Assembly (NCBI GenBank): GCA_965216565.1
Contig: OZ244170.1
Location: forward strand, 4,096,001-4,160,000
Reading direction: 5' to 3'
DNA: 64,000 nucleotides
Source of the DNA: Bythopirellula sp.
GTDB lineage: Bacteria; Planctomycetota; Planctomycetia; Pirellulales; Lacipirellulaceae
A program made the position numbers and the translations under genes. Under the pieces are notes generated by a model, which saw nothing but the letters and a program-made list of their open reading frames with translations, was not told the origin of the DNA and made no database searches. Of the stretch, positions 48,454 through 56,821 are shown in pieces. The stretch's first letter is position 1. Each line of letters begins with the position of its first letter.

Positions 48454-49041
48454 ATGGATCGAATGGACGAACAACAGGGAAGCGCTGACAGCCAAAAGAA
48501 TCTCCTCACGGCCGAGGACTTTGTAGCACTTGTACTGCAGCACGAACATCGGATTCGAGGTTTTGTCGCTTCCTTAATGCTCCCTTCAAGCGAAGTGGAC
48601 GATGTATTCCAAAGTGCTTGTCTGGCAGCGTTTAAGAAACTCGAATCGTTTAGTTACAAGGGGGATACAATCCCCGATGAAGAGTTCGTTCGTTGGGTCT
48701 GCACGATTGCCCGATACGAAGTGCTACAAGTTTATCGAAAGCGTCGAAACGCGAAGGTCGTTTTCAGTAGCGAATTGGTCACCGAGATCGCAGATATGCA
48801 ATTGAGGAATACAAAACTGATCCTTGATCGCACCGATGCCTTGGCCGAGTGTGTCGAACACTTAACCGAAAGGCAGCGGTCGCTGGTCACCATGCGCTAC
48901 CGAGATGGCACACCCGTGGCAGATATCGCAACATACCTCGGGAAGAGTGCCAATGGCATCTACAAGGCGCTAGAACGAGTTCGAGCACAGCTGATGGCTT
49001 GCATTCGCAGGAAGCTTAACCAGGAAGGTTTTGCTCAGTGA
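48454..49041 (+). CDS. ECF-type RNA polymerase sigma-70 factor
   Basis: VDDVFQ, FVRWVCTIAR (region 2); L...QRSLV.MRY, IA..LGKS...YKALERVR (region 4). Confidence 0.92.
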   Translation: MDRMDEQQGSADSQKNLLTAEDFVALVLQHEHRIRGFVASLMLPSSEVDDVFQSACLAAFKKLESFSYKGDTIPDEEFVRWVCTIARYEVLQVYRKRRNAKVVFSSELVTEIADMQLRNTKLILDRTDALAECVEHLTERQRSLVTMRYRDGTPVADIATYLGKSANGIYKALERVRAQLMACIRRKLNQEGFAQ

Positions 49042-50903
49042 ACAATTCCAATAGCAATGACAAGCGTCCTTCTTTTGCTGAGCTGAGGCGGCTGCTGAAC
49101 GAAATGTGGGATGGCAACTTCAGCTCGGAGCAGTTGGCCCAACTCAACGAATTATTGAGTAGCTGTGAGGAGTCGCGTTGGGACTATATCAATTCGGTGC
49201 ATTTGCGCGAGGGCCTACAGCGATGGGCAAAATCGCAGGGCGAGGCGAGTACCTCAGACGTTGTCGAAATGATTCGGCGAGCTACGCCAGACGCAGCAGA
49301 TTTCGCCGATCCGTCTCAGGCCGATGAATTTGGATTCACCAATGCCGCGGTAGCCGCCGCCATTGAGGCTACTGAGAACAAAACCGCTTCTCAGCGAAAC
49401 ATCGCTATGAGCGCTGCATCCTCCAACGCTCATGGCTCTCGTTATACAAGGATATTCTATGCGTCCGCGGCGATGCTCCTGGTGTCCTTGGCATTCTGGC
49501 AAATAAGACCCTCGAACAAAGTCGTCCCTATAGCTGAATTGCCACCCGTAACTGAGGACAGCGATAACCCTCTCGACGACACGAAACTCACGCTCTACGA
49601 GTCGCAAACCGTGGTAGCCAGGGTTGCTTCGCTGACGCCCGATGCATCCTGGTCGCGAGGCAAGGAGCCAGCAGATTTTCTGATGCGACTCCGCCCCGGA
49701 GATATCATTGGTATCGACAAGGGTCTGGCAAAAATCGAGTTCAGCGACGGCGCGTTCGTTTTGCTGCACTCCCCAGGTGTGCTGCAAATTAATAGCGGTT
49801 CTTCGGCGCAACTATTTCATGGGCGCGTTGCTGGCCGAGCCGAAAACGGGAATTTCGTCCTAACGACTCCCTCGGCTACCGTCGTTGATATTGGTACAGA
49901 ATTTGGAATTGATGTTGGACTCACTGGCACAGACGTGACCGTTTTCGAAGGCGAAGTGCACGTCCATGGAACTCTCAGCGACCGGGGCAGCAGTTCGGTG
50001 CGTCGACTCAAGCAGGGCATGTCAGTGAGAATCGACCCACAAGGCCTGCCCCACAGGCTTATGAACGCCGCCGACTTTAGTCGACAGTTGTTCCAGCCTG
50101 AAGAGGTTGCTCTCGACCAACTGAACATCAGCCTGCTCGATTTAATCAGTGGCCACGAAACCGCCCAGCCGCGAATTGCTGGATCCATTGATCCAGCAAC
50201 AGGCTTCTGGGGTCGACCTCCTTGGATTGACCCTGAAACATTGGGAACCCAAAGAGGTGATACTCAATTCACCCAGACCGACTGGAACCCCATGGTCGAT
50301 GGTGTTTTTATCCCGCGCTCCAACGCGAGAGAAATGCAGATCGATTCTTATGGACATATGGTCTATCTGCCTGCCAACAATGGATCGACCTGGGGCCCCA
50401 TCTGGGCCCGCCGACGTTCCGATATCGATCTGAGCCGCGAGCTCTTTTCGGATAATGGGCAAGACCACTGGGGCAGCGGTACACTTGCGGCCGTCCGCGA
50501 CCGTCTTCAAAAAACTCGCGACGGGCTAATGGGGTTACATGCCAACGTGGGAATTACCTTCGATCTGGACGCCGTCCGCAAGACACGGTCCCGGCAACTC
50601 GATTACCTCAAAGCCGTCGTGGTCAATCTGGATAGTTCAACCAATACGACAGAATCCGCCGAGAAACCTCTGGCCGACTTGCGCGTGTTTGTCGATGGGC
50701 GGTTACGGTTCAGCCGACTCGAATTCGGCCGGGACGATGGCAACGCCCAGATGGTGGTTCCCCTGTCTCAGGAAGATCGCTTTTTAACGATCGTCACAAC
50801 CGATGCCGGAGGCGATCCCTCTTTTGATCACGTCGTTTTGATCGATCCCATTCTCCAGCTACAGCCGGAGTCTACTACGACAGCTCGTTACAATGGCGAG
50901 TAA
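49038..50903 (+). CDS. FecR-family anti-sigma factor with C-terminal NPCBM-like domain
   Basis: GTGA overlap with sigma gene; single TM; TPSATVVDIGTEFG, VFEGEV; HANVGITFDL. Confidence 0.85.
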   Translation: MNNSNSNDKRPSFAELRRLLNEMWDGNFSSEQLAQLNELLSSCEESRWDYINSVHLREGLQRWAKSQGEASTSDVVEMIRRATPDAADFADPSQADEFGFTNAAVAAAIEATENKTASQRNIAMSAASSNAHGSRYTRIFYASAAMLLVSLAFWQIRPSNKVVPIAELPPVTEDSDNPLDDTKLTLYESQTVVARVASLTPDASWSRGKEPADFLMRLRPGDIIGIDKGLAKIEFSDGAFVLLHSPGVLQINSGSSAQLFHGRVAGRAENGNFVLTTPSATVVDIGTEFGIDVGLTGTDVTVFEGEVHVHGTLSDRGSSSVRRLKQGMSVRIDPQGLPHRLMNAADFSRQLFQPEEVALDQLNISLLDLISGHETAQPRIAGSIDPATGFWGRPPWIDPETLGTQRGDTQFTQTDWNPMVDGVFIPRSNAREMQIDSYGHMVYLPANNGSTWGPIWARRRSDIDLSRELFSDNGQDHWGSGTLAAVRDRLQKTRDGLMGLHANVGITFDLDAVRKTRSRQLDYLKAVVVNLDSSTNTTESAEKPLADLRVFVDGRLRFSRLEFGRDDGNAQMVVPLSQEDRFLTIVTTDAGGDPSFDHVVLIDPILQLQPESTTTARYNGE

Positions 50904-51016
50904 GGCAAATTTTTCTGCCTCGCCAGAGCCCGACTCCCAACCTAGACGATTTCCTGTAAATTGGGGATCCGCTCCGGTTAATTCACCCCAACACAAATCC
51001 ATGTTCTGATCTGATC

Positions 51017-53593
51017 ATGACGATCCCCAAGGTGCCCCTTCTTGTTATCGCACTCGTCCTGTCATTCTCGGGGACAGCGCGCAGCGAAACCAGTATCGCG
51101 GTGATTGCAATTCCTGAATCCGAGTCGCACAACGACCACTATGTCAGCAATCGCCAGCCACTTGTTGCAAGCAGACTGATCAAGCTGCCCGTCGGTAGCG
51201 TTAAGCCCCGCGGTTGGCTGTTAGAAACTCTCAACAGACAACGCAATGGCCTGGCAGGCCATTTGCCAAAGGTTAGTTCGTGGCTAGAGAAAGACGGCAA
51301 TGCTTGGCTTTCAGAAGATGGTCGCGGCAAGTGGGGCTGGGAGGAAGTTCCCTATTGGTTGAGAGGTGCCATTAGTCTGGCAACGCTTTTAGAGGATGAA
51401 CAACTCGAAAAGGAAGTTCAGGTTTGGATCGAGGCGGTTTTTGCCGGGCAGCGACCCGACGGACACTTTGGCCCCTTGCGAGTGTTCGGCGACGATGGCT
51501 CGCAAGACCTTTGGGCTAACATGGTCATGCTTGCTTGCCTGCAATCTTACTACGAGCACTCACTAGACCAACGGGTACTTGATTTAATGACCAGGTACTT
51601 CCGTTTTCAAGCCAGAATTCCAGACGAGAAGTTCCTTACCCACTTTTGGCAGTTCTACCGTGGTGGCGATAACCTGCAATCTGTTTATTGGCTCTACAAT
51701 CACACCGGTGATGAGTGGCTGCTCGACCTGGCAGACAAAGTTCATCGCAACACTTCCGATTGGCGTCAGCAAAACGATCTCCCGAATTGGCATAACGTTA
51801 ACATTGCCCAGGGATTCGGAGAGCCGGCCACCTATTTTCTCCAGTCTCACGACCGAAACGATCTCGCCGCTGCCTACGACAATTTCCATACTGCTCGAGC
51901 AGAATTTGGCCAAGTGCCCGGTGGTATGTTTGGGGCCGACGAAAATGCACGCACAGGATATTACGATCCGCGTCAAGCCATCGAGACTTGTGGCGTCGTA
52001 GAGCAGATGATATCCGACGAGTCTTTACTCTGCATCACTGGAGACACTTTCTGGGCCGATCACTTGGAGGAAGTTGCATTTAATACGCTCACTGCGGCCT
52101 TCATGCCCGACTATCGTTCGCTGCGGTACCTAGTGAGCCCAAATCTTGTACGTAGCAACCGCCGCAATCATGCACCCGGTGTTGAGAACATTGGCCCCAT
52201 GTTTGTGATGAATCCTCTGAGCCATCGTTGCTGCCAACACAACCATTCTGTCGCTTGGCCGCGTTTGGTAGAACACCTGTGGATGGCCACTCCAGACAAC
52301 GGCATCTGTGCCACGGTCTACGGACCCAGTTCCGTCAGCGCCAAGGTGGCCGACGGGGTCGAAGTCCGCATTGTTGAAACGACTCATTATCCTTTTGAGG
52401 AAGAGACAAAGTTCAAGCTCGAATTGCCTCAGCCTGTCGAGTTTCCGCTCTACCTACGGATCCCCAAATGGTGCATGGAATCTGAAGTGTTCGTAAACGA
52501 TACGCCCGTGGCTGAAAACATGGCTCCCAATAACTACGTTCGCATTTTGCGAACCTGGAAGGATGGAGATACCGTTACCCTGCAAATGCCCATGAAACTA
52601 AAAGTTCATCGGTGGCAAAACAACCGCAACAGTGTTAGCGTCAATCGAGGACCGCTAACGTATTCTCTTCAAATTGGCCAACACATTGTTCAGTGCGATC
52701 CCACGGTTACGGCTACACAGGATTCGCAATGGCGAGATGATGTTGATCCCGAGGAATGGCGCGCTTTCGAAGTCCTCCCCAGCACACCCTGGAATTACGG
52801 ACTGTTGCTCAATGAGCCAGAACCCGAGGAATCGTTTGTCGTCGAAACACGTGCCTGGCCCGAGGATGACTACCCTTTTTCCACCGAGACAACTCCAATA
52901 GCTTTGAAGTGCAAGGCGAAGAGAATTCCAGAATGGAAATACGATCTCACCGGACTCTGTGCTCCATTGCAAGACAGCCCAGTCTATTCTGATGCCGCAG
53001 AGGAAACGGTGACGCTCATCCCCATGGGAGCCGCCTTGCTTCGAGTTTCTGCCTTCCCGGAAGTCCGCAGTGATCGGAATTTGCCTCGCTGGAAGGCGGG
53101 TATACCTGAACAGCCTGCTTTTACAGCGAGCGCGTCTCACTGTTTCGAACATGATCTGGTATCGGCGATGGTTGATGAACTAGAGCCTTGTGCCTCGAAC
53201 GATCGTGGAATTCCTCGTCACTCTTTTCTCCCCTACACCGGTACAACCGAGTGGCTGCAGGCTGATTTCAAGAATCCCCAGACTGTCGACCAAGTAAGAG
53301 TTTATTGGTGCGACGATTCTTCGAGATACGATGATGCTCCTACCGGCACCTTCGAAAACTCCCCCCCTACAAACTTGTGTCGTGTACCAAAGCGATGGCG
53401 GTTGATGTACCTTGTGGACGATAATTGGGAGGAAGTCACTTCGAAAGATCCCTATGGCGTTGAGGTCAATCGCTACAACCTCACAAGATTCGAGCCCGTC
53501 ACAACGACGTCGTTACGTCTCGAAGTGGAACTCATGGAAAACGCCTCGGCGGGTGTCCTGGAGTGGCAGGTAAGTCCAACCAATACCAAGTAG
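51017..53593 (+). CDS. GH127-type beta-L-arabinofuranosidase with C-terminal F5/8-type-like domain
   Basis: GWEEVPYWLRG, WHNVNIAQ, IETC, HRCCQHN, LIPMGAALLRV. Confidence 0.87.
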   Translation: MTIPKVPLLVIALVLSFSGTARSETSIAVIAIPESESHNDHYVSNRQPLVASRLIKLPVGSVKPRGWLLETLNRQRNGLAGHLPKVSSWLEKDGNAWLSEDGRGKWGWEEVPYWLRGAISLATLLEDEQLEKEVQVWIEAVFAGQRPDGHFGPLRVFGDDGSQDLWANMVMLACLQSYYEHSLDQRVLDLMTRYFRFQARIPDEKFLTHFWQFYRGGDNLQSVYWLYNHTGDEWLLDLADKVHRNTSDWRQQNDLPNWHNVNIAQGFGEPATYFLQSHDRNDLAAAYDNFHTARAEFGQVPGGMFGADENARTGYYDPRQAIETCGVVEQMISDESLLCITGDTFWADHLEEVAFNTLTAAFMPDYRSLRYLVSPNLVRSNRRNHAPGVENIGPMFVMNPLSHRCCQHNHSVAWPRLVEHLWMATPDNGICATVYGPSSVSAKVADGVEVRIVETTHYPFEEETKFKLELPQPVEFPLYLRIPKWCMESEVFVNDTPVAENMAPNNYVRILRTWKDGDTVTLQMPMKLKVHRWQNNRNSVSVNRGPLTYSLQIGQHIVQCDPTVTATQDSQWRDDVDPEEWRAFEVLPSTPWNYGLLLNEPEPEESFVVETRAWPEDDYPFSTETTPIALKCKAKRIPEWKYDLTGLCAPLQDSPVYSDAAEETVTLIPMGAALLRVSAFPEVRSDRNLPRWKAGIPEQPAFTASASHCFEHDLVSAMVDELEPCASNDRGIPRHSFLPYTGTTEWLQADFKNPQTVDQVRVYWCDDSSRYDDAPTGTFENSPPTNLCRVPKRWRLMYLVDDNWEEVTSKDPYGVEVNRYNLTRFEPVTTTSLRLEVELMENASAGVLEWQVSPTNTK

Positions 53594-53636
53594 TACATTC
53601 GTATTACTTGGTGCCCAGGAACTAGGGTGGGGCACT

Positions 53637-54587
53637 TCAAGCGCTGCGATTGCTCGTGCGTTTGTGGCGGAATAGACTTATCGGCAGTGCCGAGAAGAGG
53701 AGCACCATGCTGTTGGGCTCGGGCACCAATGCTACAGTTGCCACCTGGGGAGTCGCTCCGTAGCCGGTCTCCCAGTCTGTCAAACTGCCAACACTAGGAT
53801 TCTCTTGCCAATGCAAAAAGTCGAGCCCGTCGACGTATCCATCGGAGTTGAAGTCGCCGGGTGTGCCACTTGTACCCTCGACAAGACTCCAATTGTCAAT
53901 CGCCACCAACGATTGGTCGGGCACCGCGTCACCAAACTTGAATACTAAGAGCTCAACAGAGGTAGTGACGACATCGCCGATGGGACCCACAATCCCCCCG
54001 CCCGAATAGACGGTAACTAACGATCCGCCATTGATTGAATACGAAACATCAATGGTATCTGTACCCTCGAAGTACTCTACCTTGAGTTTCAGGGCATCTC
54101 CATCGACATACCCGATGGAAATATTGTTGGGAGAAGCTCCTGCAATGTGGTCACTGTTGCCCATGAAATCGTTATGGTCCACCCTAAAGTGTCCGAAGCT
54201 GTTGTACACAACATCCAGAATGCCGTTGGCACCAATTGATCTAAACTTGAGATCACTCAGGGTTCCGCCTGAACCTGATAAAAGATGCGGGTCGAGTACA
54301 ACGTCCACCTCGTGAGTGAATGAGCCGACTGTGCCTCCAGTTGACCGATTGAGAGTCGTACCGGGCTGGCCATGGGCGTCTGTGATATTGTACCTACCCG
54401 AAACGATCCCAAGATGGCCATTGGGATCACCATTTTGGTTCCAAACAGGGTCCAAGTTGGGGTCGTTGAAGTTTTCCACGAAACCAATCGGCTGTCCGTG
54501 GGCTGCACATACTGCGGCAATCATCACAAAAAGGAACAGCACCGGTGTGACTATTCTGTTACGACTATTTTTTACGACTAAGCCCAT
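53637..54587 (-). CDS. PEP-CTERM protein with short dockerin-like motif (array C, copy 1)
   Basis: GDPNGH, DAHG, SFTHE, NSFG, SYSINGG; GDFNSDG; VPEPN-TM-RHKR. Confidence 0.87.
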   Translation of the reverse strand: MGLVVKNSRNRIVTPVLFLFVMIAAVCAAHGQPIGFVENFNDPNLDPVWNQNGDPNGHLGIVSGRYNITDAHGQPGTTLNRSTGGTVGSFTHEVDVVLDPHLLSGSGGTLSDLKFRSIGANGILDVVYNSFGHFRVDHNDFMGNSDHIAGASPNNISIGYVDGDALKLKVEYFEGTDTIDVSYSINGGSLVTVYSGGGIVGPIGDVVTTSVELLVFKFGDAVPDQSLVAIDNWSLVEGTSGTPGDFNSDGYVDGLDFLHWQENPSVGSLTDWETGYGATPQVATVALVPEPNSMVLLFSALPISLFRHKRTSNRSA

Positions 54588-54652
54588 AGATTTCGCACTT
54601 TGTCCGAATTAGTTGAAAGGTTGATTGCCCTAAGCAATCCGTGCCATCGCTA

Positions 54653-55594
54653 TTAGGTGGTCCGCCCAGAGCGCCGGCTCAAGCTTAGAAATACGGTGGA
54701 TAATAGGAGCATCAAAATGCAATTTGGCTCGGGCACAGAACTGATTGAAGCCAACAAAGGCTCGGCACCGTAGTTTGTCTCCCAGTCGTTCAAGCTTCCA
54801 ACACTGGGGTTCTGTTGCCAGAGCAAGAAATCAAGACCGTCAACACTGCCGTCCGAATTGAAATCACCTGGAATAGCGTCGGGGACCAAACTCCACTTGT
54901 CAATCGAAGCGACAGCCTGTGTAGGCTCATCACTACCCCACTTGAATAGTTCGACTTCAACAAGGCTCGTGACAAGATCGCCTAGGGAGCCCCCGTTGCC
55001 AGTGCCTGTGTAGAAAGGAATGGCCGAGCCGCCATTGAGCGAATAGCTCACATCGACGGTATCTGTTCCTTGGTCATAGTCTGTTGTAAGTTTCAGAGTA
55101 TCCCCGTCCGAGTAACCAATGTTGGTATTGGGCTGGAGGTCGCCCAGCTGAACATTGTTGGGATCGCTGGAATTCAGGTGAAACAGCCGCATGGCTCCAA
55201 AGCTATTTACTACGAGCTCCAGAAAACCGTCCGCACCAAAGGACTTGAATTTGAAATCACTCTGAGTTCCACCCGAGCCGGAGAGAAGAAAGGGATTCAA
55301 AGTCAGTTCGATTTCGTGGGTGAAGGAGCTGAGCGTCCCCGATGTATTGCGGAGTAGCTTCACCCCAGGGGCGCCATGGGCGTCGGAAATGTCGTACGTA
55401 CCCGCAATAGTCGCGGGATGACCATTGGGGTCGCCGCTGAAGATCCATTCGTTGGGGTCGTACGAGGCCCCGCTGAACTCTTCTACGAATCCAGACGGTT
55501 GAGCATGTGCCACACACGTCGAAAGAACTATCGCCAGCAAAGCTAGGGTCGGCTTGACTGACCTAGTGCGATTCAAGACCCTGGCACGTCGCAT
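54653..55594 (-). CDS. PEP-CTERM protein with short dockerin-like motif (array C, copy 2)
   Basis: Paralogue of neighbours; GAGGGAG RBS; VPEPN-TM-RR. Confidence 0.87.
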   Translation of the reverse strand: MRRARVLNRTRSVKPTLALLAIVLSTCVAHAQPSGFVEEFSGASYDPNEWIFSGDPNGHPATIAGTYDISDAHGAPGVKLLRNTSGTLSSFTHEIELTLNPFLLSGSGGTQSDFKFKSFGADGFLELVVNSFGAMRLFHLNSSDPNNVQLGDLQPNTNIGYSDGDTLKLTTDYDQGTDTVDVSYSLNGGSAIPFYTGTGNGGSLGDLVTSLVEVELFKWGSDEPTQAVASIDKWSLVPDAIPGDFNSDGSVDGLDFLLWQQNPSVGSLNDWETNYGAEPLLASISSVPEPNCILMLLLSTVFLSLSRRSGRTT

Positions 55595-55798
55595 GGCAAT
55601 TCTCCCTCAACTCGGAATCGGTCCCGACATTGTCGTCTACTGAAGCAGCTGCCGCAAGAAAATTGGGAGCGTCGCTGGCAAATTGATCTCAGCCAGAAAA
55701 GCTCCCGGCAACTATTTCTAGAGGCACCCAACCAATCGCGCAGAATGAAGCCCTTATCAGGGTGCAGCTGCCCCAAATCTTCATGCACCGCTAGGGAA

Positions 55799-56563
55799 TT
55801 ACAACCGATTTCGCCGAGAGCAACCGACCAAGCTCAGGCTTGCAATTGCCAACAGAGCGATCGACGTCGGCTCCGGAACGGCTGCCAGTCTCCATCGGTC
55901 AATCGCTGCAACAGCTTGAGTTGATGGGTTGCTGCCAAACTTGAACAATTCAAATTCAACGAAGTTTGTAATAAGGTCGTCGATGGGGCCATCAATACCA
56001 CCGCCTGAGTAGAAGGCCTGAGTCGATCCGCCATTGAGCGAGTACGACACATCAATGGTATCCGTGTTTGCGTTGTAAACGGTGGTGAGTTTCAGGAGAT
56101 CCCCGTCAGCAATACCAATATTCGTGCTGGATTGGATGTCGCCACCTCCGCCATCGAAATCATTATGGAATATTCGCATGTTTCCGAAGCTGTTTAGCAC
56201 AATTTCCATAAAGCCATCCGCGCCGAACGACTTCCACTTGAAATCTGTCCCCGTTGTGGCGAGTGGATTGAAAGTGACTTCAATCTCGTGGGTGTACCCG
56301 CTAAGTGAGCCCGAAGTGCTACGGCTGAGCTTCACACCGGGGGAGCCATGGGCGTCTGTCATATCGTACGTTCCAGCGATAGAAGCGGGATGACCATTCG
56401 GGTCACCGCCTTGATTCCAGGCAGCGTCCAAGCCGGGACCGTCAAAGCCATCATCGAAGGCCATCGGCGTGGCACGAGAGGTGCCTTCCAATAGAACGAC
56501 CGCTAGGAGAGCTAGAGCGAGCTGAGCTGTGAAGAATGAACTTGAGTTTAAGATTGTTCTCAT
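55799..56563 (-). CDS. PEP-CTERM protein (array C, copy 3; no dockerin-like motif)
   Basis: Same core domain joined directly to VPEPTS-TM-RRNR. Confidence 0.87.
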   Translation of the reverse strand: MRTILNSSSFFTAQLALALLAVVLLEGTSRATPMAFDDGFDGPGLDAAWNQGGDPNGHPASIAGTYDMTDAHGSPGVKLSRSTSGSLSGYTHEIEVTFNPLATTGTDFKWKSFGADGFMEIVLNSFGNMRIFHNDFDGGGGDIQSSTNIGIADGDLLKLTTVYNANTDTIDVSYSLNGGSTQAFYSGGGIDGPIDDLITNFVEFELFKFGSNPSTQAVAAIDRWRLAAVPEPTSIALLAIASLSLVGCSRRNRL

Positions 56564-56821
56564 TAGATCCCACCCCGCATAAAGCAGAACTGTCGGTTTT
56601 TTAAAAGGATGTATTCGGAAAAGAACCGCTCTGGCTCGCAGAGAATATGTATAGGTGCCATCTGTCAGCTACATCCCCAGCGTCAGGAAATTGCAATAGA
56701 ATCGGAAGAATCTAAGTCTTTTTTCCAAAAAACGCGGCCCTGCAGCTTGAAATACGGGATAGGCAGAGGATCGGAGATATCTCATAAGTCCCCCGCCAGT
56801 AACGTCTTGGCGTTATCAGCC

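Noticed and set aside
48195..56740. TTTTTTGGA upstream of arrays B and C (minus strand near 48201 and 56724) as an ECF promoter element
   Set aside because: No shared -10 element at a consistent spacing; a third copy near 2257 has the opposite orientation to its gene
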